Shown here: positions 40,852-50,751 of the stretch, one piece after another | How positions within the stretch are numbered: the first letter of the stretch is position 1 | Layout of the letters: each line of letters opens with the position of its first letter | Notes under the pieces: generated by a model | Told to the model about the DNA's origin: nothing | Databases searched by the model: none | The model's input: only the letters and a program-made list of their open reading frames with translations | Made by a program: the position numbers and the translations under genes | From: Syntrophales bacterium | GTDB lineage: Bacteria > Desulfobacterota > Syntrophia > Syntrophales > PHBD01 | Direction of reading: 5' to 3' | Assembly (NCBI GenBank): GCA_963668175.1 | Contig: OY764159.1 | Location: 3,392,001 to 3,456,000 of the forward strand | DNA: 64,000 bases

Positions 40852-43296
40852 TTAGCTTGCAGGTATTGAAGGCAGTGAAAAAAAGAACTTTGCCCCTTCG
40901 TTTTCCTTACCTTCCGCCCAAACACGACCACCGTGGCGGTGGACGATCCGCTGAACTATTGCCAAACCTACACCCGTGCCCTCAAAATCATCCATACCAT
41001 GAAGACGCTGGAAGACACAGAATAATTTGTCATAGAATTGCATGTCAAAACCGACGCCGTTGTCTTTTACAGAATATATGATTTCATCGTCGTTCTGGCA
41101 TCCACTCACATGAATTTGAGCATCGTCACGAAGCGACGAGAATTTAACAGCATTTGACAGGAGATTACAGATCACCTGTTTGATAAGCGCCCTGTCTCCC
41201 CAACCAGGGGGAATCTCGCTGATCTGGAAATCGGGGCGGCTGCCATCGCAATCGGCCGCCACTTCTTCCCATGCTTCCCTGATGAGTTCATCCATGTCGA
41301 GTTGCATCATGGAAAGGCGTGCCCTGCCTAACCGGGAGAAGGACAATAAGTCGTCAATAAGTTGGCCCATCATTAGGGTGCTGCTTTTGATAACATTGAA
41401 TCTCTTTACAACCTCTTCGTCGAATGCGTCGGCATGTTTTCTGAGGATCATGTGAACATATCCATTAATAGTTCTCAGAGGGGCGCGTAGATCATGAGAA
41501 ACAGAGTAAGTGAAGGCTTCCAGGTCGTTGTTGGCGGCTTCCAGATGATCAGACTTCTCGCGCAATTTCTCTTCCATCTGTTTGCGTTCGGAAATGTCTC
41601 GCGCCACATGGATCGCGCCTATAAGCTCTGACTTCTCATCAAGCAACGGCGTCGTGCTCACCAGGAAATCCCCCCCGAGGATGGGCTCATGCACTTCAGC
41701 GATATGTTCTTGACCATCTTGGCAAGTCATGGCATGCGGGCAAAACGCAGGTGGGTAAGGCAAACCGTGCACCGCTTCGTGACATTTGACACCGATGCAC
41801 TTTTCGGGTGCCAGTCCGAGCCGAGTCGCCATCGCCTGATTAACCCGGACAACGCGGTGCTCTTTGTCCAGAATCGCAATGAGGTCGGGGATCGATTTAA
41901 AGGTCCGTTCCCATTCCTCTTTGGCTCTCAGTGTAGCCTCCTCAGCGCGGAACTTGGATAGGGCTATGGCCAGATAGCCCGACATTCTCTCCCACAAGGA
42001 AATAGCATGTGGCGTGAAGACACCGCGAGACCGGTCATTTAATTGCAGGAGTCCCAGCCGTTCCCTGCCCTGACAGAGCGGGAACAGCGCAACAGATTCA
42101 TATCCCTCACCATTACATCGATTGCGTGTACGGCTTTGTCGATCAGCTTCCGATGTGCTGGCGAGCAGTTCGGTTGTGCTGTTTGTCCAGAAACTTCCTC
42201 CTTGTGTGAAGAAGGGCTTTGCGTCATCAAACCGGCCGCAGATGACATTTCCGCACATACATTCAATTACCGGACTGCCCTCGCTGTCGCGGACAAGAGC
42301 GCCTGCGGCATCCTTTTGGCAGAGCTCGTTCTCCAGCAGGACAAACTCCTGGGGAAAACCCCGCACTTCGTAATACGGATAGTCTTCGCCTTCCCGCAAC
42401 CGGATGCCTACCGCCTCGCATCCGGACTTTCTTTGGAAGAAGTCGACGGCCGACTGGATCAAGTCCGCAAAGCCCGTACTTTGGTTAATCAGATGGAGGA
42501 ATTCAACCGTCATTTCATTTTCCCGATCGAGTCTGTCACGCTCCTCGATATTGCGAAAGACTAGAATCACCCCGAGCACGTTTCCCTGATCGTCCTTGAT
42601 CGGGGCGGCGCTGTCGTCGATCGGTATTTCCTTCCCATTACGGGCGATCAGCAAAGTATGGTTTGCCAACCCGACAACGGAACCCAGCAGCAAGACTTTG
42701 ACTACGGGATTCTCCGCGGGCCGGCGCGTGTCCCGGTTAATAATGTTAAAGAAATCAACTAATTTTCGGCCCTGAACTTCCTTCAACGTCCAGCCCGTTA
42801 GATCTTCCGCGACAGCATTCATGAACGTGATCGTCCCATCTTGATCGGTGGTAATCACGGCGTCTCCGATGCTCTTGAGGGTTGTGGAGAACCATTTTTC
42901 ACTTTCTTTGATCTTTCTTTCCATTTTGTGTTTATACAGGGCCATATCGATACTGATATGAAGGTCCCGTTCTTTGAATGGTTTAACAAGGTAGCCGTAA
43001 GGCTCGGTAACCCTGGCGCGGGTCAGCGTCTCCTCGTCCGCAAAAGCGGTGATATAGATAATTGGAATTTCGTAATCGGCGCGTAGCCGCTCGGCAGCCG
43101 TTATTCCATCGATTTCTCCCGGAAGCATGATATCCATCAATACAAGATCAGGTCGCACTTCTTTAGCTCTTGCAATCGCTTCTTCAGCGGATGATGCGAC
43201 TGCAGGATAAGGGTATCCCAGAGCAACCAGTCTGTGCTGCATGTCCAGGGCTTGAATACCCTCGTCTTCAACTATAAGAATTCTGGCTTCAGGCAT
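40852..43296 (-). CDS. Hybrid REC-PAS-GAF-PAS histidine kinase
   Basis: ILIVEDE...DLVLMDI receiver; PAS; Cys-rich GAF; SHDLRAPL H-box; HATPase boxes. Confidence 0.92.
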   Translation of the reverse strand: MPEARILIVEDEGIQALDMQHRLVALGYPYPAVASSAEEAIARAKEVRPDLVLMDIMLPGEIDGITAAERLRADYEIPIIYITAFADEETLTRARVTEPYGYLVKPFKERDLHISIDMALYKHKMERKIKESEKWFSTTLKSIGDAVITTDQDGTITFMNAVAEDLTGWTLKEVQGRKLVDFFNIINRDTRRPAENPVVKVLLLGSVVGLANHTLLIARNGKEIPIDDSAAPIKDDQGNVLGVILVFRNIEERDRLDRENEMTVEFLHLINQSTGFADLIQSAVDFFQRKSGCEAVGIRLREGEDYPYYEVRGFPQEFVLLENELCQKDAAGALVRDSEGSPVIECMCGNVICGRFDDAKPFFTQGGSFWTNSTTELLASTSEADRQSRTRNRCNGEGYESVALFPLCQGRERLGLLQLNDRSRGVFTPHAISLWERMSGYLAIALSKFRAEEATLRAKEEWERTFKSIPDLIAILDKEHRVVRVNQAMATRLGLAPEKCIGVKCHEAVHGLPYPPAFCPHAMTCQDGQEHIAEVHEPILGGDFLVSTTPLLDEKSELIGAIHVARDISERKQMEEKLREKSDHLEAANNDLEAFTYSVSHDLRAPLRTINGYVHMILRKHADAFDEEVVKRFNVIKSSTLMMGQLIDDLLSFSRLGRARLSMMQLDMDELIREAWEEVAADCDGSRPDFQISEIPPGWGDRALIKQVICNLLSNAVKFSSLRDDAQIHVSGCQNDDEIIYSVKDNGVGFDMQFYDKLFCVFQRLHGMDDFEGTGVGLAIVQRIVHRHGGRVWAEGKENEGAKFFFSLPSIPAS

Positions 43297-43313
43297 TGCT
43301 TCTGACTCCTTCT

Positions 43314-46300
43314 TTATCTATTCACGAAAGAAATGACGAAACTAGTGCCGGCACGAGTTTCCATGCGGAGCGACCCCCGAAGTTGCTTTATCAGCGCACC
43401 TACTAATTTGAGCCCTAGCGAATCGCATCTTTCCACGGCAAAGTCTTCATCTAGACCCACGCCGTTATCGCTAACGGCCAAAACGAAGTTATTTCCCGTA
43501 TCCGGGCGCAGGTCAATGCAGATTTCACCCGATCCATGGACTTGTCTCCATGAATCTGTAAAGGCATGCTTCAAAGAATTGGAGACGAGCTCATTAATGA
43601 TAAGAGCACAGGGGATCACGGTATCGATGTCGAGGTCGACATTCTCGACAGTGATCTTCATTTTGACGTTTCCTTCCGTCACACCATACGAAAGAAAAAG
43701 GTTGGCTGTCAGGCTGTGAATGTACTCGGCAAGATCGATCTTTGCCAACGACTCGGACTGATAGAGTTTCTCATGGATGAGTGACATTGAGTATATACGA
43801 TTCTGACTTTCACGGAACAGATCGGCGGCAGGTCCGTCCTGAATATACGACGTCTGCAGGTTGAGCAGGCTACTGATAATTTGAAGATTGTTCTTGACCC
43901 TGTGATGAATTTCCCTCAGCAGGACTTCTTTTTCCTTCAGCGACCTTCTGATCTGCTCTTCGGCCTTAGTCATTTCTAAGACAAGCCCCGCATTCTCCAG
44001 CGAAATAGCCGCCTGAGCCATCAAGAGTTCCGTCATCTGTGTCTTCTCCCGGGTAAAGGCGGCCTCGAAGAGACGGTTTTCCAGATACAAGATGCCGATC
44101 ATGCGGGACTGTTTGACAATTGGCAGACAGAGGACGGACCGCAGCTGCATTTCCTGAACTTCCGGATTGTCTTTAAACAGTTCCTCCCGGCAGGCATCGG
44201 CAAGTACTACCCTCTCCCCGGTTCGTTGCACATAGCGAACGATGGCCCCGCATATTTCAGGAGCTTCATCAAGGTTCCTGTCTACGGTTACCGTCTGTTT
44301 CTTTGTGACGTGGCTTTCCGACCTGACGAGCAGATTACCAACGTCTTCAATCAGCAGGTAGCCATGCTGGGCGCCCGAACTCTCGATGACGACGTTCATA
44401 ATCTTCTTCAGCAGGGCTTCCTGCTCGATTTCTGCGGAGATAGCAAGCGATGATTTCATCAGATAATCGACATCGAGGTCAGGAAGAGTGAAGGACTTAA
44501 CGGCAGCACCCAACTCTGTAAGCGAACCCTTATCTTCCTTGAAATAGCCCGGGTATTTTTCCGTTACGATTATTTCTTTTCGTCGGGCGCGGCATTTCCT
44601 GTACAGGCGCGCCGCCTCTTTGAAATACAAGCCTTCCGAATTCCGGCCAGTGTTCAGAAGAAGTTCTGCGAGGCATTCATGAAGATGCCCCTCCAAAAAA
44701 ACATAATTCTGCCGGCGGGCGGCGTCGATGGCATCGAGGTAGAGACTTCGAGCTTCCCGGAAATCGGCCGTCACTCTGGCCAGCTCCGCGTAAAGCAAGG
44801 CCAGATAGGGCTTCAGCAGCGGACCCAACGCCGCCCACGTTTCAATCTTATTGATAAGCGGATCGATCTCCGCATGCAGGTCGGCCCTGTTCCGGCCATC
44901 AGAATTCTTTTCGTGGAGCTTAATTGCATTTAGTACCCGAAAGACATGCCACTGCCTCTTTAAGACATTATCGGTCAGGCCGGACAGATATCTCTTGACG
45001 GCGGCGAGGCATTCTCCGGCCTCTTCATATTCTCCGCAATAATAATGAGCGAGTGCCCTGTGGACGAAGTAGCTTCCCGCGGAGGCAATGTGATTGCTCT
45101 GGTCCCAGGTCTGAATCTTCAGCGCCATATCTATTGGCGTATATTCCCCTTTCATGGGTTCGATCCAGCCCGCCTGCATCGCTTCGGCCAGCCCAACTGA
45201 GAAGGAGAGATGGTATCTCTGCGAGAACTGCAGGCATTCCGCCGCATAGTCTTCGATCAGGGAAAAGTCCGCCCCCTGCACCTGCAGATTCCACATCAGG
45301 GGACCATAGGAAAGGCCCGCGTTATAGAGATCACCGCAGTTCTTACCGCACTGGATCGCCTTGAGACTATAGTCGGCAATATCGCGGGGGTGGCTTCGCG
45401 AATGCATGTTGCACCACACGATTCCGTTCATGCCGCGAGTAGCTCCGAAAGTATTTGGATATTTCGCCGACAGATCGCGAGCCAAGTCTTCGTAGCGGAA
45501 TGCAGGCGGGAAATTCCCTTCTTCTCCAAGCTGAAGCCCCATGATACTGAACGAATAGATGACCGATTCGTCCATGCCGCCGGCCAGGCAATGCTGTGTC
45601 GACTGGGCAGCGGAAAGATAGAGCTGCGGCACAAGTCCGGACATGTATAAATCGGGGATAAGCTCACTGTAGAAGGCAAGTTCTATCTTACTTCGCCTGT
45701 CCGTGGTGAAGGGCATATTTAGTATCGTGTCCCAGATGTCGATGTCTTTCGCCGAAACATCAGTCATCAGCGCCAGCCTTCTTTCGTCCGCTTCCCTGGA
45801 ATCGTCTGGAATAGCCTTGCCGAAATAGGCCAGCCCCCGGTTGGCGGTTTCAATGGCCTTGATGAAGTTGCCGATGGAGGACAGTGACGTGGTCTGTTCC
45901 GCGAGGCATTCCGCCTTGTCCATATCGGACCTGGCGTGATCGAGCAGCTGGTTGAGCAGATTCTCTGAATTCCCATAGTGGCCGCACATCAGCTCCGTCT
46001 TTGCCGCCTTCTGGTACGTCCTGAAGGTACTTTCGTAATACGAATCCTCCCAACAGTCATCCGGCAGTAGGTTTCTAGCGAGCCTGAAGTACTCGTTTGC
46101 GGCCTCAGTCGCCAGGGAATCCAGGGCCTTAATGCCCGCGTGGTAATTGATGTCCGAAAGGAAATAGGCATACACTTTATCGGGACGTTCTTCCCGTCCG
46201 AGATTGAGGTGCGAAACGATCGTGAAAAGATTATCCACTTTCTCTATTTTCGCACCTTCAGAAATCGACGCAAGGAGGTGGTCGCCCACCTGACGGTGAA

Positions 46301-48359
46301 TCAAGCGGCGACGCTCCTCCGGGATAGCCGACAAGGCGGCTTCCTGTATCTTGTCGTGAATGAATTGCAGCTGATTCTTGCTTTCGATAAGAAGACCCTG
46401 ACCAAGGGCAGGTTTCAGCAGCTCAAAGGTTTCGAGCAGGGTTATCCCCCGGACCGCCGCCAACTCGGACGGAGAGAAGGTATTTCCCATGCAGGCGCAA
46501 TACTCAAGCATCGTTATCAGTTCCGGGGGCAATTTACTTATTTTTGAGCTGAAAAGGGCAACCACGGAAGTCGGCATGCGGGATCCCCGGATCCTGTCCA
46601 GATCCCACCGCCAATGCCACTGATCGTCCAAGTAGAGCAATTCTTCATTATGAAGATACGACAAGCTCTCGCTGACGAAAAGCGGATTTCCCTCAGTAAG
46701 CAAACTCAAAAAATCGGATAGTGCTTTAGTATGTGGTTGTGGAGAATCAAGAATGTACGAGACCATTTCGTGGCAATGTTCGGGCCGCAGCGGTCCCAGT
46801 CTGATTTCCTTCAACGGATGTCCATTCTCCCCGACCGTCCGGATAAGTTTTGTCAGGGGATGGCTGGCATCCACTTCGTTATGCCGATACGCGCCCAACA
46901 GCAGCAGATACGGATGGTTACGATAATTGGCAAAGATATTCATAAGAAAATCGAAAGAAGCTACATCACACCACTGGAGGTCGTCGATGAATAGGGTCAG
47001 TGGATTCTCCTCGGTTGCCAATGCACGGAGGAAACGGTCGAAGAGGTCGTGAAACCTATTGAGGGATTCCACAGGAGGAAGAGATCTCACCTCAGGCTGG
47101 ACGCCGATCAAGATCTCTAGTTCCGGAACGACGTCGGTCAGGACTTTTCCGTTTTCTCCTACCGCGTCCGCTATCCGTCTCCTCCACGCCGTCACCCGTT
47201 CGTTGCTTTCCGTCAGAAATGTCCGCATTAAGTTTCTGAGCGCCTGGATAAGGGAGCTGTAAGGAATGTTTTTCTGATAGACATCGAATTTCCCCGACGT
47301 AAAATATCCCCTGTGCTTCACGATGGGCTTCTGCAACTCCTGGATCAGACGAGTCTTCCCAATACCGGACAATCCGGAGATGAAGAGAGATCGAAATTCT
47401 CCCCGAGCTGCATGTTCGTATTCTTCGAGAATCATCTCCGCTTCTCTGTCACGACCAACCATTTTTGAGATGAAGGTGACGCGACGGGTGAAAGAACGCC
47501 CGCCCAGTGGAAATTCACTTATCGTTCCCTGTTCTTTGTACTCGTCCCTGCATCGAATCAAATCCGCTCGGAGGCCGCCGCTGTTTTGGTAACGTTTTTC
47601 CGGTTCCTTGAGCATCAATTTAGCGATGATCCGGCTCAAAACGGTGGGAATACTGATATTCTTTTCGTGCGCCGACACTGCCTCCTCGGCCAGGTGGGAA
47701 TGTATCAATTCGAGGGGATCATCGGATGAGAAAGGGACAAATCCCGTCAGCATTTCATAGAAAACGATCCCCAGCGAATAGAGATCGGAAGAAAAGACAA
47801 CCCGGTGACTGATGCGTCCAGTCTGTTCCGGCGACGTATAAGCCAGGGTTTCCCGGACAAAGGAACGGTCGTAAATGAAGTGGCTGACATCCCTCACATC
47901 GATCATGCTTACAAAATCGATCAGCCGGATATCGAGAGTTGCCTCGTTAATCAGGATATTATGAGGTTTTATACCACCATGTATAATGCCCGCATCGTGC
48001 ACCTTTTCGAGCGCGGAAGCCAGGCTGATCGCGATGGAGAAAAAATGCTGTAGTGAAAATCCTGAACTTGCCGCCATCAACTTGTCAAGGGTGACACCGG
48101 CAAAATAGTCTTGGGTTATGAAGCAGGTCTCATCCCGGTCGCTGAAAGAAATGGGTGTAATCAGGAGGGGGTCGTCCAAAACCCGCAGATGTTCTATCTT
48201 CTGTCTGAATTGAGCCTTCTTATATTCGGGAAGACTGTTTCCCTTCAAAGCTTTAAGGACTAGTCGACGCTCCGGATCCCTTTTGTGGCGGGCCTTGAAA
48301 ACAGTTATAAGTGGTGTTTTAGCAAGAATTTCTGTCAATTCATAATTAGAGAGTAGCAT
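43314..48359 (-). CDS. Multidomain Ser/Thr-kinase-like + AAA/STAND ATPase + GAF + HisKA_2 histidine kinase
   Basis: YTSPEQTGR and SDLYSLG; Walker A GLSGIGKT and LFIDDLQW; GAF; EIHHRVKNNLQ H-box; NELVSN and DNGVG. Confidence 0.92.
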   Translation of the reverse strand: MLLSNYELTEILAKTPLITVFKARHKRDPERRLVLKALKGNSLPEYKKAQFRQKIEHLRVLDDPLLITPISFSDRDETCFITQDYFAGVTLDKLMAASSGFSLQHFFSIAISLASALEKVHDAGIIHGGIKPHNILINEATLDIRLIDFVSMIDVRDVSHFIYDRSFVRETLAYTSPEQTGRISHRVVFSSDLYSLGIVFYEMLTGFVPFSSDDPLELIHSHLAEEAVSAHEKNISIPTVLSRIIAKLMLKEPEKRYQNSGGLRADLIRCRDEYKEQGTISEFPLGGRSFTRRVTFISKMVGRDREAEMILEEYEHAARGEFRSLFISGLSGIGKTRLIQELQKPIVKHRGYFTSGKFDVYQKNIPYSSLIQALRNLMRTFLTESNERVTAWRRRIADAVGENGKVLTDVVPELEILIGVQPEVRSLPPVESLNRFHDLFDRFLRALATEENPLTLFIDDLQWCDVASFDFLMNIFANYRNHPYLLLLGAYRHNEVDASHPLTKLIRTVGENGHPLKEIRLGPLRPEHCHEMVSYILDSPQPHTKALSDFLSLLTEGNPLFVSESLSYLHNEELLYLDDQWHWRWDLDRIRGSRMPTSVVALFSSKISKLPPELITMLEYCACMGNTFSPSELAAVRGITLLETFELLKPALGQGLLIESKNQLQFIHDKIQEAALSAIPEERRRLIHRQVGDHLLASISEGAKIEKVDNLFTIVSHLNLGREERPDKVYAYFLSDINYHAGIKALDSLATEAANEYFRLARNLLPDDCWEDSYYESTFRTYQKAAKTELMCGHYGNSENLLNQLLDHARSDMDKAECLAEQTTSLSSIGNFIKAIETANRGLAYFGKAIPDDSREADERRLALMTDVSAKDIDIWDTILNMPFTTDRRSKIELAFYSELIPDLYMSGLVPQLYLSAAQSTQHCLAGGMDESVIYSFSIMGLQLGEEGNFPPAFRYEDLARDLSAKYPNTFGATRGMNGIVWCNMHSRSHPRDIADYSLKAIQCGKNCGDLYNAGLSYGPLMWNLQVQGADFSLIEDYAAECLQFSQRYHLSFSVGLAEAMQAGWIEPMKGEYTPIDMALKIQTWDQSNHIASAGSYFVHRALAHYYCGEYEEAGECLAAVKRYLSGLTDNVLKRQWHVFRVLNAIKLHEKNSDGRNRADLHAEIDPLINKIETWAALGPLLKPYLALLYAELARVTADFREARSLYLDAIDAARRQNYVFLEGHLHECLAELLLNTGRNSEGLYFKEAARLYRKCRARRKEIIVTEKYPGYFKEDKGSLTELGAAVKSFTLPDLDVDYLMKSSLAISAEIEQEALLKKIMNVVIESSGAQHGYLLIEDVGNLLVRSESHVTKKQTVTVDRNLDEAPEICGAIVRYVQRTGERVVLADACREELFKDNPEVQEMQLRSVLCLPIVKQSRMIGILYLENRLFEAAFTREKTQMTELLMAQAAISLENAGLVLEMTKAEEQIRRSLKEKEVLLREIHHRVKNNLQIISSLLNLQTSYIQDGPAADLFRESQNRIYSMSLIHEKLYQSESLAKIDLAEYIHSLTANLFLSYGVTEGNVKMKITVENVDLDIDTVIPCALIINELVSNSLKHAFTDSWRQVHGSGEICIDLRPDTGNNFVLAVSDNGVGLDEDFAVERCDSLGLKLVGALIKQLRGSLRMETRAGTSFVISFVNR

Positions 48360-48790
48360 TTCAATTCCGGCTCATAATGTGTGAGAATTTGATAAAAAAG
48401 TATAAGTTCGCGAATGATAGAAAAGCAAGCATAATAGTGAAGTCGGTAAAATAGGATGTCGAATAAATAGATTAAGATATCCATTAGATAAGACGTATAC
48501 TGGGGGTTTATTCCTCACATATATTTTATTCCTTAGTGAAAATATCTTGTTTGCAGTGGCTGCTACTTAAACCGTAGAAGCATTCAGAATAAGGTCGTTA
48601 TCATGATATTTTGGGGATTACACTATTGAAAACACCCCTCACCCTCCCATGCGGTTAATATTTTTAGCCCGCACTAGGTCAGGAATAGTATTCAGGGCCC
48701 TCCTTTGTTTACAGCTGAATCGCTATTATGAACTTGAATTTTGAACGATTGTCTGTATCATTAAGAAACACCTTCACTCTCGAGGATTAA

Positions 48791-48924
48791 ATGACCCCGG
48801 AATCACTTGTCGAAATTCTAAAGAAACTTTTAAAGACCGACAGGGATATCAGCTTCTTGCTGAAATTAGATGAGAAATCAAGTCTCTTGTAGCTTGCGTA
48901 AGGGATAGAATAGATAACACTTGA
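48791..48924 (+). pseudogene. Small protein gene with an apparent frameshift (MTPESLVEILKKLLKTDRDISFLLKLDEK / IKSLVACVRDRIDNT*)
   Basis: GAGG RBS plus ATG; the frame stops at TAG but a protein-like continuation runs in another frame to TGA at 48924. Confidence 0.45.
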
Positions 48925-48943
48925 AAATCATAGAGATAAGAGG

Positions 48944-49228
48944 ATGTTGCTCGTGAAAAAATCCGATCTTATAGCAATGTTAGCAGAAAGAAAGAACCTT
49001 ACAGAGGAAATAGCAGCTGACGCTGTTAATCTGATCTTTAAAGAGTTTACTGATGCCTTGAAGAATGGGGGGAGGATTGAACTCAGAGGGTTTGGATCTT
49101 TTACTGTGAAAGATTTCAAAGCTTATATCGGACGAAACCCGAAGTCAGGAAAGAAAATCCAAGTGAAACCCAAAAAATCCGCAGTCTTCAAAGTAGGAAA
49201 GCAACTTAAGGAAAGAGTGGATAATTGA
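48944..49228 (+). CDS. ihfB: Integration host factor beta / HU family DNA-binding protein
   Basis: KSDLI...RIELRGFGSF...GRNPKSG...FKVGKQLKERV. Confidence 0.85.
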   Translation: MLLVKKSDLIAMLAERKNLTEEIAADAVNLIFKEFTDALKNGGRIELRGFGSFTVKDFKAYIGRNPKSGKKIQVKPKKSAVFKVGKQLKERVDN

Positions 49229-49716
49229 TCGTTCTTATTGTTCTATCATAATTACCATGTCTAGCTTAACTGTTTGAATCAAGTCTTCATATCTCCACGC
49301 GACTATCCAGGATCGAGACCCTTTAACGACGTGGGATCCCTATACTCTCATGCCTGAACCTCCGGAATCCAACAAGACGGCATGGATCATCCGAGCCTAA
49401 GAGCTGGGAGTGGCCGGGCTGCGGGACGGTTCTGCGACGGGATGGCACTGACCGATCAGCACGATCAGTGAGCCGGAGGTTCGCGCAGGGTATGTCCGGA
49501 GGATTTGGATGGCTGCGATTAGGGAGGTCCTCAGGTTAGATTCAGTATTCAGGGGGCGGAAAAAGATCCCTGTCATGCTCAAAGTATTTGCTTTTTTCCT
49601 CGTTATAACGATAATGATTATAAAAGAGACTCGCCCATCTCTGGCGCATCCGTTTTTTCTTGACAGGGGCATTAAGCATAGGATAGATACTCGCCCTCCA
49701 AAAAGTGCGAATTATT

Positions 49717-50283
49717 ATGATCCCCTATCAGAAGGAAAAGATCGAAAACGCAATCTGTTTCTTTGCGCAAGAACACAAGAAACATTCTCGTAATCTATTA
49801 CACCAGACATTCTTATATAAATACCTCGCCTTATTCGATTTCGGCTATTTAAAAGAATATGGGAAAGCCCCCCTTGGTTTGAAATACCTGGCGATGCAGC
49901 GAGGGCCTGTACCAACGGAAATTTATAACCATCGAGATGACCCACGTTGGTCCGATCTATTTTCCTTTCAAAAAGATCCCGACGGTCACTATATGATCAA
50001 TTCCAAACTGAAGCCCGATCTGAGTTATTTCAGCAAACGGGAACTTAAATTTATGAATCGATTAATAGAAATCTATGCCAGAAACTACGTGACATCAAAA
50101 CTGATGAGCGATGTCAGCCATCAAGAAATTCTGGCTTGGAAACGGACATGGACACAAAAACCCAATAGCATCATAGACTATTCCCTCGAATTCAAGGGCA
50201 ATGTCTTTGCGAAATCGGACGACGAACTGACTTTTTCTGAGGAAGTATATCTTATTCAGCAAGGCATTGAACATTGCATCTAA
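49717..50283 (+). CDS. Panacea-domain (SocA/DUF4065-like) antitoxin
   Basis: KYLALFDF...Y.AMQRGPVP..IY and SHQE.AW motifs; likely ATG at 49717 (ORF-track start 49705). Confidence 0.75.
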   Translation: MIPYQKEKIENAICFFAQEHKKHSRNLLHQTFLYKYLALFDFGYLKEYGKAPLGLKYLAMQRGPVPTEIYNHRDDPRWSDLFSFQKDPDGHYMINSKLKPDLSYFSKRELKFMNRLIEIYARNYVTSKLMSDVSHQEILAWKRTWTQKPNSIIDYSLEFKGNVFAKSDDELTFSEEVYLIQQGIEHCI

Positions 50284-50729
50284 CCGTCGGTGACGTGATC
50301 AGATGGGACGGCTTCAAATACCCGAGGGATGGCGATATTAAAGCCAGATGGTTTATATACTTGGGACGGTCATCGTTATTGTCCTCACCCATTTTCTCAT
50401 ATCTTTGCACCACCACAACACAACTTCAGCATTTCGGACAGGGCAATTCCCGGGCGAATCACGTTTTTAGAAGATTCACCTGCCAACAACACCCTGTTTT
50501 TGATCAAGATTGTATCCTTGATTTTACGGAAGAGCTTTATGATATCCCAACTGAAAAGCTTGATGAATGCCAACGCCTTATCGAAATCAAAGGCAGATTA
50601 GGTGAAGAGGACATGAGAAATGCATATAATCAATTTCTCAAAGTCGGCACGGTGTCTCCGCGTGTCATGCTGGATATCCATGAAAGCTTTAACCTTGCCG
50701 GAATCACTGGTCTAAAGAAGCCCAAATAA
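50274..50729 (+). CDS. Putative toxin with a PemK/MazF-like N-terminus, cognate to the Panacea antitoxin
   Basis: Overlaps the antitoxin stop; GDVI...F.......KARWFIYLG...TTTT pattern and IKGRL. Confidence 0.55.
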   Translation: MHLTVGDVIRWDGFKYPRDGDIKARWFIYLGRSSLLSSPIFSYLCTTTTQLQHFGQGNSRANHVFRRFTCQQHPVFDQDCILDFTEELYDIPTEKLDECQRLIEIKGRLGEEDMRNAYNQFLKVGTVSPRVMLDIHESFNLAGITGLKKPK

Positions 50730-50751
50730 CCCTCCTTTGCCGACAATTGAT

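Noticed and set aside
49310..49535. Possible rod-shaped RNA (6S-like) from GAACCTCCGG/CCGGAGGTTC and CACTGA/TCAGTG
   Set aside because: Only one 10-bp stem is convincing, there is no 6S-type central bubble or terminator, and it could be chance or a decayed CDS.
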